Assembly: GCA_021613535.1 (NCBI GenBank) | Contig: CP075493.1 | Span: 15,624,001-15,688,000, forward strand | DNA length: 64,000 nucleotides | Origin: Adineta vaga | Taxonomy: Eukaryota; Animalia; Rotifera | Direction of reading: 5' to 3' | Shown: positions 25,543 through 38,600 of the stretch, piece by piece | Position numbering within the stretch: the first letter of the stretch is position 1 | Layout of the letters: every line of letters starts with the position of its first letter | Translations under genes and position numbers: made by a program | The notes under the pieces: model-generated | The model's input: the letters and a program-made list of their open reading frames with translations, nothing else | Told to the model about the DNA's origin: nothing | Database searches by the model: none

Positions 25543-28500
25543 ATGGCAACTTCACAACAGATCATTTCTTCATCTCATTTACGACGTAAAATAGCACTTG
25601 TCATTGGTATTGGTGATTATATTATGGGAAAACAATTACCAAATGCATTAAATGATGCAAATGATATGTCAAAAGAATTGAAAAAGATTGGATTTATTAT
25701 TCATAATAATGAACCAAAATTAAATTTAACATATAAAGAAATGAGAAGAACTCTTACAGATTTTGAATGTTCAATTGAAAAAGGAGATATGGTTTTATTT
25801 TATTTTGCTGGACATGGAACACAATGGGAAGTAAGAAGATTTATTTATTGAAGATTTTCTTTTATTTAATTTTAATTTAGGATCAAAATTATCTTATTCC
25901 AATGAATAACTTTAAAGAAGAATTTGAAACGATAGTTGAATTAAGTGGTTCTGATTTAAAAAAATATTCAATTAATGCACAAAATCTTTTAAATAATATT
26001 GATGATCGTGAACCATTTCTTATTATGTTTTTCTTAGATTGTTGTCGAACTTATCATTTACGTCATACGGAATTACAAAGAAATATAAGAGAATATCCAA
26101 ATAATAATTCATTACATGGACTTCAATCAATGCCTGCTAAAGTTGGATCATTAATTGCATTTGCTTGTGCACCAGGAACAACAGCAGATGATGGAAATAA
26201 TCAAGATAAAAATGGTTTATTTACCAAATATCTTCTTCAACATATTTCAAAACCAAATGAAGATATTCGAATGATTTTAAGTGATGTTACTGATGGTGTT
26301 ATTAAAGAATCAAACAAAAAACAAATTCCACATGTTACTTCTGTTTTGACACATCGGAATATTTATCTCAATGAAGTAAAACAAAGTATAGAAATAAATT
26401 TCTTTTATTAATTTTATTGTTCTGAAAATAAAACGCAATCGAAATCATTTCTTCTTTTAGATTCTTTTGAATCATCAATAAAACAATTATCTATTTCAAC
26501 AGTAAAGAAACCAACAATAAAACAAAAGCAAAGTAAATTTATTTTATTTTTAATATTAATAAAACTTATTCTCTCGATATTAAAAGAAGAATTATATTAA
26601 ACAAAAATAATTTATTTGTATCTAAATCAAATGTTAAAAGTTAAACAAAGAAATATTTATAAGAATATTAAACAATTTCACTAATCCTTTTTAAATCACA
26701 AATTCAATCTCTTGATGTTATTCAATTCATACGAACTAATTAATTAGATGTTTTTCTCCTTGATCTTCCTATCAATCACGTTTTTCTGATACAAATAGAT
26801 AAAAATAGTTAAGTATGTGCAAGGGGGGAAAAGCGAATCCTGGATTCTCAGATCCTCATAGATTTCGGATCGGTATGGATTCTCGTGAATCCTACGGTAA
26901 AATTGATTTCTTTTAATGCGACTACGTAGTATCATTAAAATATATTCACTTTATCGTAGGATTTCTCACGATCTAGAATCCAACACGATCTATGAGGATC
27001 TGGAGATCCAGAATGTGATTTTTCACCCTTAAGTATGTGTGTATTTCTTTGTGAATTGATTTAGACTGATAAATTTTCAATTTGTATTATTGAGATATGA
27101 TGAGTTATTATTTACGTCTTGTGCGTTCTTGATAATCCGAAGCGCGGTTAGAAGTGATGGATAATAGGGAATTGACGAAAAATCTCGTGTTTCTTTGGAA
27201 GTATTTCGATGAAGAAATAACTTCTTAGATCAATTTCAGTCATAGATTAAACAGATCATCTCGATAAACATTCTTATTTATTTATTATAAAATATAAATT
27301 GAATTTCTAAGATATTTTCTTTGATTTACAAATCAAAAGATTTTCTTTTTCAAATTAATTTCAGTTAAAAACAAGTTTCTTTCTTCTACGTTTAAAAATT
27401 AAAAAGAATCCAAAGAAAAGAAAAGAAAAGATAGATTATTTTATTTTATAATTCAATCAAAGTTCGTTTTCGTCAATTTCATTTTAATTACAAAAATTAA
27501 AATTAATCTTCGAAGATAATAATTCATTAATCAGATAAATCATTTATTTATTAACAAATGATTTGATCAAATTATTAATTCAACAAAAAAGTCAATTCGT
27601 TTCTTTTCTCTTCGATTCTTTGATAATTATTCGATCAAATCAAATCTTTTTATTTATTTCAAAAAAAATAAATCAAAACAAAAACTTTTCTTTATTTATC
27701 AATTTAAAATTCATTTTTTCCTCTTTCTTTTTCAACAAACAATATTAATTTAACGAATTTATTTCGTTTTTTTAATTAACTTAAATCAAATTCGATTCGA
27801 AAAGAAAAAATTTATTTTCATCAAATTATTAATGATTTTATTCAAATGAAACTTTTCTCAAAAGAAACGAAACTCAAAATATAAAAACATCGATCAAAAC
27901 AAATCTTTTTTCTTTTCTTTGTTTAGAAACGAAATTTCAACAAAATGGAACAATTGTTGCGGGAGGGAATGGAGATGGAAATCAATTAAATCAGCTCAGA
28001 AATCCTTTGGGAATCTTTGTTGATGAAAACAGAAACATTTTCATTGCTGATTTTGAGAATGATCGTATTGTTGAATGGAAATGTGATGAAAAACAAGGAC
28101 AAATCATTGCAGGTGGAAATGGACAAGGAGAGAGAATAGATCAATTGTATTGTCCAAGAGATGTGATTGTTGATCCACAAGATCATTCAATCATCATTGC
28201 TGATCAAGTGAATAGACGAGTGATGCGATGGTCACGAGATCAAAAACAACAAATTCTCTTTCAAAATATTTGTTGTTATGGTTTAACAATGGATCAACAT
28301 GGATTTCTTTATGTTTCTGATTATAAGAAGAATGAAGTGAGAAAATGGAAGTTAGAAAACATTAATAAGAACAAAAAAGGAATATTAGTTGCAGGTGGAA
28401 ATGGATATGGAAATCAAAGAAATCAACTCAACTATCCTACTCACATTTTTGTTGATAAAGATCAATCTCTTTATGTTTCAGAACGAGGGAATGATCGTGT

Positions 28501-28829
28501 GATGAAATGGAGAAAAGATGCGAAGGAAGGAATTGTTGTGGCTGGAGGAAATGGTAAAGGAAACAATCTCAATCAATTGAATTATCCTAAAGGATTGTTT
28601 GTTGATGAATGGAATCAAATCTATGTGGCAGATTCTTATAATCATCGAATAATGCGATGGTGTGAAGGAGATGAAGAAGGTTCGATTGTTGTTGGTGGAA
28701 ATGGTCAAGGAAGTGAATCAAATCAATTGGATTATCCTGAAGGTCTATTTTTCATTTAATCTTGAAGGAAATCTTTATGTTTCAGATTGTGGAAATAATC
28801 GAATCGTTCGATTTGATAAAATTCATTGA
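25543..28829 (+). CDS. Metacaspase (C14) - NHL-repeat fusion; exons 25543-25830, 25881-26385, 26461-26532, 27927-28829
   Basis: ALVIGIGDY, FYFAGHG and FFLDCCR (His-Cys dyad); NHL repeats AGGNGxG..QLxxP. Splice phases are compatible; a frameshift near 28750 truncates the last blade. Confidence 0.82.
26820..27031. mobile_element. hAT-type MITE in a metacaspase-NHL intron
   Basis: Inverted ends caagggg...ctggattctcagatcctcataga / tctatgaggatctggagatccaga...ccctt; flanking direct repeat agtatgtg (26812-26819, 27032-27039). Confidence 0.7.
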
Positions 28830-29137
28830 AATGAACTTTACATTTGAAATGAAAAGATTTGATAAAAAACGATTTTTGTTGATTCGATTTTAATTTTAAA
28901 AAACGAAAAAGATTTCTTTCAAAATAAAATTGAGAAAATCTTTTAGTTTTTCATGAAGAACTCGATGAAAAAATTGATTTGTTTCGCTGAAATTGTTTTG
29001 TCAAAGAATTTTTCTTGTCGTGAAAAATGAGTTTTGTTAATTTGAAATGAAATTTGGTAGAAGAAATGTTTTGATTTGATAAAAATGTTCGTTGAATCAA
29101 AGATTTTGTGTTTTTGATAATTTTATTTCTTTGGAAA

Positions 29138-29378
29138 TGTGAGTCTCTTATATCAGGGGATGAAGATGAATCTCCAGCTAACGAATATATCGTAAGCTGA
29201 ACTACTATACGAAAGTATGATCTGATGTGAAATCAAGAATCACGTCAAATATCCTACCGGAGATGACTGGAATGGATGAGGAGATGAAGAAATGGATGTA
29301 GATGAGATGAGGAAAGATGATAATGGTGTTTTATTGGATGAAATCAAATAAAACACTAAAGAAAATGATAACAAAAGA
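29138..29378 (-). repeat. 3' LTR, distal part
   Basis: Matches the first 241 bp of 49923-50428 with one substitution seen (gaatctcc vs gaatttcc). Confidence 0.95.
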
Positions 29379-31206
29379 CGTAGGATATCTTAGCGACGGA
29401 TTCGACTTTTTCTAGGATTTATTCGTTGTTTTATGCGTTCCAACTGAGATCTCACTGGTTCCAAGTAGAACTTGATGAGCTCTATCGATTCCAAAAAAAA
29501 TATTTCAAAAACTCACTTTCTTAACCCCTCAAAAACCCAAAAAACTGCGAAAAAACAACAAAAAAACGTCGAGTTCAGAGTAAACCCGTGGACGATTCGC
29601 CCTGAGACCCATTCCAAGAATTCTGACAATGGTTCCATATGTAACTCGATGAGCTCTATCGATTCCAATCATCAGATTTCCCATAGATCACTTCCTTAAT
29701 ACTCAAAAACCCTAAAAACCACTAAAATTTGCTAAAAATCTTACAAAAACCTTTGCGGATTCGCCCTGAGACCCATTCCCAGAATAATGACAATGGTTCC
29801 ATATGTAACTCGATGAGCTCTATCGATTCCAATCATCAGATTTCCCATAGATCACTTCCTTAATACTCAAAAACCCTAAAAACCACTAAAATTTGCTAAA
29901 AATCTTACAAAAACCTTTGCGGATTCGCCCTGAGACCCATTCCAAGAATTCTGACAATGGTTCCATATGTAACTCGATGAGTTCTATCGATTCCAATCAT
30001 CAGATTTCCCATAGATCACTTCCTTAATACTCAAAAACCCTAAAAACCACTAAAATTTGCTAAAAATCTTACAAAAACCTTTGCGGATTCGCCCTGAGAC
30101 CCATTCCCAGAATTATGACAATGGTGCCAGATGTAACTTGATGAGCTCTATCGATTCCGGAAAAAAAATTTCAAAAAACTCACTTTCTTACCGCTCAAAA
30201 ACCCAAAAAACTGCGAAAAAACAGCAAAAAAACGTCGAATTCAGAGTAAATCCCTGGACGATTCGCCCCGAGACCTATTCCAAGAATAATGACAATGGTT
30301 CCATATGTAACTTGATGAGCTCTATCGATTCCAATCATCAGATTTCCAAAAGATCGCTTCCTTAATACTCAAAAACCCTAAAAACCGCTAAAATTTGCTT
30401 AAAATCCTACAAAAGCCTTTGCGGATTCGCCTTGAGACCTATTCCAAGAACTATGACATTGGTTCCAGATGTAACTCGATGAGCTCTATCGATCTCACAC
30501 CTCGTTCGTGAATTTTGATCATTTTATTGCCAAAAAATAGATTAATTACTATATTGACAGTATAGCAACATAGAAAAACATTATGATTGGTTGATTTATT
30601 TTAACCAATAAGCTATGAAAATATGTCAGATGGCATATTTATCGAATATAAAAAAATTTATTTGTTGTTTTTAAATGAATTGAATTTTTTTCTATTTTAA
30701 CGACACAAAAGAAATTTCTTTGACTGGTTGAAATATTTTACCAGTAGAAAAATATTTATTCTAAGAAATGTGTAGATAGCGCTCTCTATCAGTTTAATGA
30801 ACATAAAAAGATGACTAGTTCAATAAACAAAATCTATTGGTCGAGTCATTTGCGCGAATAAAATGAAATAAATTGGAACAATGTCAATGTCAAACTGTTG
30901 TTTGATGGAGAATTATGAATTGTATTAAGAAAAAATATTAGAATAAATTTTTGATAGATTTTGAATACGAAAGACAATTTTATTGATGAAAATTAAATGA
31001 AAAAAATTTATTTTGGTAAAATAATTTTAATAATCGTAAAATATGATTTTTAGGAATAAAAAAAAGAAAAGAAATTTTAAAGAAATAAAATAAAGAATAC
31101 GTATATTTTGATAAAATTTAATTTAATTTAAAGAAATAATTTTAAGAATCGTTAAATATAGAATAATTATAAATGAAGAAAAATTTACATAAAAATTGTT
31201 GTTATT
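29379..31206 (+). repeat. Left TIR (1828 bp) with 174/164-bp tandem units
   Basis: Core GAG(C/T)TCTATCGA at 29477, 29651, 29815, 29979, 30143, 30317, 30481, then ~725 bp AT-rich inner arm that is the reverse complement of 41001-41726. Confidence 0.93.
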
Positions 31207-31828
31207 GAAAGCAAGATTTTTGCATACTGGTTGAATATAAAGTTAAAGTTTATTTTTCAGTATCTTTTAAATCGTGTTTATCAAAACATACTAAGATGCA
31301 AATTTAGGTCGGTAATGTAAAAATTACTTTTGAAAATCAATCCTATAGTTCTTAAGTAGTTAATAAAATGAGTAATGGTGTATTGTATATTCTTATGTAT
31401 AAATCATCTAATTAGAAAGATAAAACGAATATTTGTTTTTCTCGTTTGTTTCATTTCATTTTTTCTTTTTATCTTCATGTGCTGACAGAACGTCTTTTTG
31501 ATTACAGTTGTTGCATAAGACAAAAAAAGAATGAGGAAATTGAATATGTTCTTATAATTTTTTTATGTTTTTCGTTCTATGAATTAAGTGATAAGCTATT
31601 TGTTGTAAACATTATTTAGATATCAATTTATTGGTAAACGTTTTTTCCAGTGATAAGAATAATCTGAAACTGTATTAAATATATGTTTATGTAGAATATA
31701 TATTTTTATCTAATTTTATTCTGAATATTCAATATCTATTTTGATATAGATAAAGATCTTTCTAATCTACTACTACAATCAATATATTTCTGTACGAACA
31801 TAGGAAAACTATTGTATATAGAAAAAAA

Positions 31829-33451
31829 CTAGATAGGAATCAAATCGTCTATGATATGTTCAAACTTATTAATTTTGTGTTGCAATTTATATTTAACAAG
31901 TTTGACCATGTAGATAAATAGAATCAATAAAATAAGACATAAGATTGATATTATAGATATTGCGATATCACGAATTAATTGCTTCACAGTAAATGTTTTT
32001 GATGTATAATAAGACGGTATGAAACTATTGAACAAATTTTGGAATTGATTTTGGTACGATGCCATTAGTACCTGTTCATAACCTTTAACCGGAATAAAGA
32101 AGCTTGATAATTGTTCTATATTAAATTCAGGATTATGTAAAAAATGTATTCTCTTTCCACTACATGTTGTAATAGGTAACTGGAAGTTAGTGCATGTGAT
32201 TGCCATGTCGCATGGTAAGCGTATCAATCCAGTTTCATTAACTGAAATTGTTTCAGTTGTACCATTTTGGTATGAAATTTTACAATAAATTGTATTTTCA
32301 ATATTGTAAAAGAAGAATATTCCATCATCTATTTGTAATAAATTTTGATCTATATCTTGCGATCGAGTAAGTGAACATTTAGTGTTAGAAATTAATTGAT
32401 GATTGAATAATTCATGTAAACATGAATACTTTCTTAATATAAAGGATATTGGTTTTTTCTTACATATGACAATTCTTGAAAATGTACATTCATTATAATC
32501 AAACTCATCGTTCCACAATACTAATTTATTATCAACTGTATTCATCCCAATTGCTTTTGGAAGATTTATATATGTATATTTTTCATAATTGAATATGAAC
32601 GGTAAGGGAATCACTTGAAAAACGGAAAATTTTGTTATACTATCAGCTGGAATCTCTAAAAATAATGTGGACATTACTAGACACGGTTGAGTTGAAACTA
32701 AGTTGGTAGTACTCTTCAAACAATTTCTCATGACAAATACAGATTGTCCAATAATTAGTTCACTAAATTCATTTAATGACTTTTGAATATCATATATTGT
32801 GTTTGAGCTATCAATAGGTGATAATACTGCGGTTAAAAGTACATGTAAATCATCATTAGACAAATAATCAAAATCGATTTTGTTGTTAGTAATGTGTTGA
32901 AGAATTATTTCAGCTGGTACTGCACGAGCACGAGGAATATTGGTATGAATACTGAGACCATCGCTCTCTAGCGTTGAAGTTAATGTACTTTTATCCAATT
33001 GTTTTTGACAAAAGAATTGTTTCTTAAAATAATGAAATATTGATTTATTATTTGGAAAACTTTTATCATGTTGCTGCATAAGTATATGGTTTAAATCATC
33101 ATTAATCAATTTCGAAATATTATTCTTATGAAAAGATGATAATGTATGAACTGATTCACGAGATGACATGATCGTACCTATTTCCAATACATTTACATTC
33201 TTGTGTTCTAAGTCGTATACACAAACATCTGAATTGGATGAAGCAATACAGAAATTATGTAGAGGTAAGAATGTGTGAACTATTTGCTTGACAAGATTTG
33301 GTGAATAATCGCCAAGACGGCGAAGAACAAAGCCTTTGGTTGTATCAATTATAATATCACTTTCTAAAGAATCGAACACAGATACAAATGATTGAGTTCG
33401 AATGGCATTCATCATAAAATATATGACGAATAATTTTCGAAAATAAATCAT
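31829..33451 (-). CDS. Env-like (gypsy env / baculovirus F-like) membrane glycoprotein, intronless
   Basis: 540 aa: N-terminal signal peptide, Cys-rich ectodomain with N-glycosylation sequons (NIS, NKS, NGT, NET), FLEIP...FSVFQVIPLPF motif resembling gypsy env/F proteins, C-terminal TM and short tail. Confidence 0.68.
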   Translation of the reverse strand: MIYFRKLFVIYFMMNAIRTQSFVSVFDSLESDIIIDTTKGFVLRRLGDYSPNLVKQIVHTFLPLHNFCIASSNSDVCVYDLEHKNVNVLEIGTIMSSRESVHTLSSFHKNNISKLINDDLNHILMQQHDKSFPNNKSIFHYFKKQFFCQKQLDKSTLTSTLESDGLSIHTNIPRARAVPAEIILQHITNNKIDFDYLSNDDLHVLLTAVLSPIDSSNTIYDIQKSLNEFSELIIGQSVFVMRNCLKSTTNLVSTQPCLVMSTLFLEIPADSITKFSVFQVIPLPFIFNYEKYTYINLPKAIGMNTVDNKLVLWNDEFDYNECTFSRIVICKKKPISFILRKYSCLHELFNHQLISNTKCSLTRSQDIDQNLLQIDDGIFFFYNIENTIYCKISYQNGTTETISVNETGLIRLPCDMAITCTNFQLPITTCSGKRIHFLHNPEFNIEQLSSFFIPVKGYEQVLMASYQNQFQNLFNSFIPSYYTSKTFTVKQLIRDIAISIISILCLILLILFIYMVKLVKYKLQHKINKFEHIIDDLIPI

Positions 33452-34100
33452 TTTGATTTAATGCAATAAAGTGTTATAAACAGCAACGAACGTTGTAAAT
33501 TAGTGTAAAGAGTTTGTAATTATAAATGATATATGTATGATGAGGATATGAAAGAGCGAAAAGAACAATAGCGAGAATGGATATTTAGAACATTCATTCA
33601 AACATCGATATTTATATCTAACCACAATCTCGCTTTATGTGTATTTAATGATCAACTTTCACATTATAGGTAAGCTATCTCTTTGATTATTTTTCTTATC
33701 AATAGCTCTTTTAAGATATACGAAGACAATACTAGCGATAATATATCTTAGATACACAGGTCAATATTATTTTACTTGTTATGGAATTCTTTCTCCTTTT
33801 ATATCTATATGTCATTTGATTAGTAAATAACAATAAAATGTTTGATAGACAATTGTTATCATCATCATGTCGACATGAAATATTTATCCAATCGTTACAC
33901 AATAAAACAACGACATATTTAAAAATAGAACATTGCTCTTTATCTATATCTCATTTTTATAATATATGATATGATTCAAAGACCTAATATGGCACTGTAG
34001 TTAAAGACGTTTTTCTATCAAGTTCACATTATATTATTTTATTTCATAAATAATATTTCACAAATAAGTATTGGATATGATTCTATAGAAAAAAAGATAT

Positions 34101-34729
34101 TTAAACCATTTCATCACTATAAGATGATGCTTGATCACGTTGTTGAATAAATTCGTCAAGGATAATTTCCCTTTCTAGAATTAAAAGCATAAATACTATT
34201 TAATAAAATTGTTGTATTACACTTACGACGGCGACATACGTTTCTTCTTCCATACTCCGATGGACTTTTTATTTTAAACCATGATTTCTGAAAAGTAAGT
34301 TACATTAATGATTTAACTGTTTAAACAATAAATTCTTACTTTTACTCTGCAATTATTCTTATAACATTTTATTACAAAAATTACGAAAGAATATATTGCT
34401 GCTATAGCACATAAAATTGCACTAGCAATTGTTATTGTACTAGTAACATAATTTTCAATTTTTTCTTTAACTAATTCAGCTTGATGCACAATTGTATCGG
34501 TTTTATTTATGATTTTAGTTGAATAGATGATTGGTGTTGAGGTAGTTGAATATTTAATAAGATTTTTTTTAAAGTCAAGTAGTTTGAACAAATTATAATT
34601 CTAAAAAACAGAAATTAATGAGCAAAATCAATCAAAGCGAGCACTACTCACTTGAGCACTTATACTTATACATGTATTTACAAGAAAGAATAAAATAAGC
34701 ACACTTGGCATGATAGTTATGTCTGACAT
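34101..34729 (-). CDS. Small 4-exon type-I membrane protein (~160 aa)
   Basis: MSDITIMPSVLILFFLVNTCISISAQ|NYNLFKLL...TM(ITIASAILCAIAAIYSFVIFVI)KCYKNNCRVK|KSWFKI...RR|QREIILDEF...EMV*; GT-AG introns with compatible phases. Confidence 0.68.
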
Positions 34730-35676
34730 TAAAATAAGATACAGAATATATATATATTCTTATGTTCTTTTATGTTGAAATTAATTGAATTACAATTCTT
34801 GTTTTTTTAGCCATAGAATTATAGGAAAAATCATCAAAGAAGCTAATTGATAAACAATATGTGTTACATTTATTTATTCCTTAATTGTAATATCGTTCAC
34901 CGTATTTTGTTTTATATCTTTTTTGATACAGAAATACCTTTTATACGAAAAATAGAATGAAATGATGTGCGCGTTCGATCTTACAATTTTCACACTATTC
35001 ATGTGTATATGAGATCACATAATTGAGAATTTTGTTCCAGGAAAAAGTTCGTTACACTTTAAATAATTCTTATTTTATAGTTGCTATTTATGTTTGAATA
35101 CGATAATACGCTTCACTTTCTAGTAGATTATGTATGATAAATATTGTTTTAGAAATTTACTTCAAGAATTGAAATATCTATTAACTGTTATATTATGTAT
35201 GTCAATGATTAATGAACATATAGAATGTCAATTCTGGCTCATTTTTCATCTTGTTACGTCATTCGTTTCCAATGAATAAATATTTTTTATCAGGTTAAAT
35301 GGGCTTATCTGAAAAAAAAAGGTAATTGATCAATCCAATAGTGTGAGTTGAATACATATATATTTTTCTTCAATAAGAACTTCTTATTCATAAATTAGTG
35401 AAATAAATGTTTTATATTAGAATTTGAGTTCAAATATAGTTGATTGATGATTGTGTTCAATATTTATAATACGTTTTCAGTTTGTTTTCTTTAAACGGAA
35501 ATTCCTTTTTTTATTTCTTTCAAGAATGAATGATTCATTATTAGAACCAAAAAAAGTACAAATGTATTGACATATACATGTGTATGTATATATGATTTAC
35601 AACTTTTCTCGCTAAATTCTATATACATTATAAGAACTAAGATTAATAAAAAGAAAAAGCAATGATCAACAAACAA

Positions 35677-38600
35677 CTAGCAGTTATCAAATGTATATAT
35701 TTTTGTATATATTCCATATACGATTTGACCTGTTGACGTTGTAACTGGTTTAACATTTTTTAAATCGTCATACAGATATAATTGGTCATCATTATCAATG
35801 ACTGTAGCAGTGAAGTGTTCTATTGGTACACTTGTATGATGAATAACTGCACGTAATTTATATCTAGAAAGATAATTCATATAAAACTTCAAAAGAAAAA
35901 GTATTTTTAATAACTTACTCTACAGGACCAATTTTTATTTTATATTTCAAATTACGTAGTCGAGGTGTGTAGTCGGCAAATCCTTCATCACTTCTTTTCG
36001 ATAAATGTCTGACATGAACTACAATGATTGGTGGAAAAGCGTATGTAAATGTTGCTGGAGATGTATGTGTTATACTGTTACACTTCCAAACAATTCTATT
36101 TAGAAAAAATTCATTTAAAATGGGCACAGGAGAAGAAATGAAACTCATACTCGTATTCACTTGCTCCTGTATGTTCATCAATCAGATGCATAGGAGCTTC
36201 ACGATATTTTTGTTTTTCTGCTTGTTCTGGACTTAATTCATCATGACGTGCCATTATTATGTCACATATATCGACACCACCTTCTTCAAAATCTCGAATG
36301 TAATTATCACCAGTACTATTACAAAAAATTTGATTATAGGAGGATTATATAAATGAATTGATACTTACAAAATGATTAATTCTGTTGATGAGCTGTGACG
36401 ATTCATTAACTTACATTGAGGTCGGGAACATTCAGTTTCATACGAATAACGTTGTTCTTCTTTTATGAATTGGAATACTTGTGAATCAATGGAACCAAAA
36501 AGATTCTCCTTTTTAGCAAACTTGTCCAAAAGTCCGTTTGCATGTAACCATGTAAGGCGAGCAACATCCCAACCTTCATTTTCGACTAATTGAAAAACTT
36601 TGAAAAGTGTTGCATATGCTGATCCTGCAGATGCGTTTTCAAAATCGGCACCAAGATCAAAATCAGTTTTGTATATAAAGTAAAGAGCGAACAATGCTGA
36701 ATCTGTTGCACACGTATTAGTAAGACTATAACAGCGATCTTTAAAAAAATACAAAAAAATAAATTACACCAAATGAGATATTGATTTTCTATCGCTTACT
36801 TTTGAAAAAAACTTTATTTATTCCAAATTGTGGCCAACGTATTGTCTCTCCATTAATCTTAATTGCAGGTTGATTTGCAGATGTAACACGTAATTTTATT
36901 TTTAATTGGTTAGTTGTTGAAATTTCTTCTAGATTAGAAGCAGTTTGTATCTAAAACTGTGAGGTATTTATACATACTATTTTCAATCGGGCAGGTCGTG
37001 GTAGCAACTGAAGATACAACTTTCTTGTCAAAGTCACATTCAGATAAAATTTCATTTGGTTCACCAAGATGCTCAAAATTTTCATTGTCGTCGCCGTCAT
37101 CATCATCATTCTCTTCTTCCTCTCCTTCGACTTCTTCGACTTCTTCGTCTTCATCTTCGTCTTCGTCTTCGTCTTCCTCTTCCTCTTCTCCTTCTTCTTC
37201 TTCTTCTTCTCCTTCTTCTTCCATCTCAATTCCTTTTTTCTTTTCTCTATCTTCTTCAACAGTACGACTATCCATTAATATTTTAACTTTACGAATTCGA
37301 TTATTAGAAGAAGATGATGAAGATATTTTTCGATCACGTTCAGAGTATTTTCTACAACAGAAATTTTTTTCTTGTTAATTAAATTGTTTTTTCTTACTTC
37401 GAAAAATTATTATCACATGATGTATCCGATGAAATCGATTGATTTAATGATGACGTTGCCATATCATCTTCCGATTCACTAGAAACAAATATGTATGCTA
37501 AAAATTGAAACTTGATAACATCTACCTGCTGTCTCGTTTAACACGAACAGATTGACCATTATTTGAATTTGGTTGAACACGTTTTGGTGCAAGTTTATCG
37601 ATTGCTTGTGTATATAAACCTCGACGTTGTCCACCATTTCTTTTCCATTTTTCTGTTAAAACTTTAGTAGTTCCATCAGTAATGTTCATTGAATCACGTG
37701 ATTTCTTTTTTCTTTGTTTTCTTCCTTTTGAACTTTGTGTTACTCCAAATTTATTTGCTTTAAATTGAGTTTGAATGCTTCGATAAATTTTTCTGATTGC
37801 ATCACCTGGAGTATTATTACGTTTATTACCATATATGCTTTTTTTCATTGTGCGAAAATAGCTTTCGATTGTAGCATTTGAATAGCGGATAGGAGTGTAT
37901 ATTGTTGGTACTTCTTGTTTTTTGTCAATAGAATATCGTTCTTCAAAATTCCATAATAAGCCAGTCCACAGAGGTAAATATGCCCACCATCGATAAAATA
38001 TACGAATAATTGTTGGTGAAAATAATGGATTAACAACTTTACCATAGCTTGATTTTTTATTAGTAAGAACTGCAAGATTCGGATAAAGACGAAGTGCTTC
38101 TTTATTAAATGGTGATTGATGTATAATAGGAGTACTGGAACGAAAATATTCATCGACAATTTTTAATTCTTCATTTCGTTTCTTTGCTTGTTTCAATATT
38201 TTCTTCTTATCTGATAATATTTTCGCACTTTCTTCGTCAATATTAAGTATAAGAGAAAGCATTTGTTGAAATTTTTCGTGTGCATTCTTTTCATCTGGAT
38301 CACCAAATATACTTATAACTGTACCAAGTGTTTCATATAACCGATTAATGTCATTATCACATAAAATAAATACAAAGATGTGTAATATACCACGACGAAT
38401 TGTTTTATCTATACGTGTGGCATTCAAACTTCGTGCTATGGCATGTATAACATGACAACAACAAAGATGAATAAATGATAATGATCGTAATTCTGCAGCA
38501 TTATATTTTCCAGATATAACATTCCAACATCGATTTAAATGAGCATTAATATTTTCTACATTGAATGCTTGTAGAATCGAATTCATAAGTGCAGCAGAAA

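Noticed and set aside
29472-30365. ORFs in the TIR units (and the mirror at 41842-42069)
   Set aside because: Non-ATG starts; by-products of the repeat sequence.
29461-30500. CRISPR-like repeat array
   Set aside because: Whole 164/174-bp units repeat with no unique spacers, they are mirrored in the other TIR, there are no cas genes and the context is eukaryotic.
31829-33451. env as the native ORF of the surrounding retrotransposon
   Set aside because: It lies between the DNA-transposon TIRs, beyond the PPT and the start of the 3' LTR. No canonical R-X-K/R-R furin site was seen either.
36951-37378. Poly-Ser, poly-Lys, poly-Phe and poly-Leu ORFs
   Set aside because: Alternative frames of the GAA-rich acidic linker exon of the transposase.
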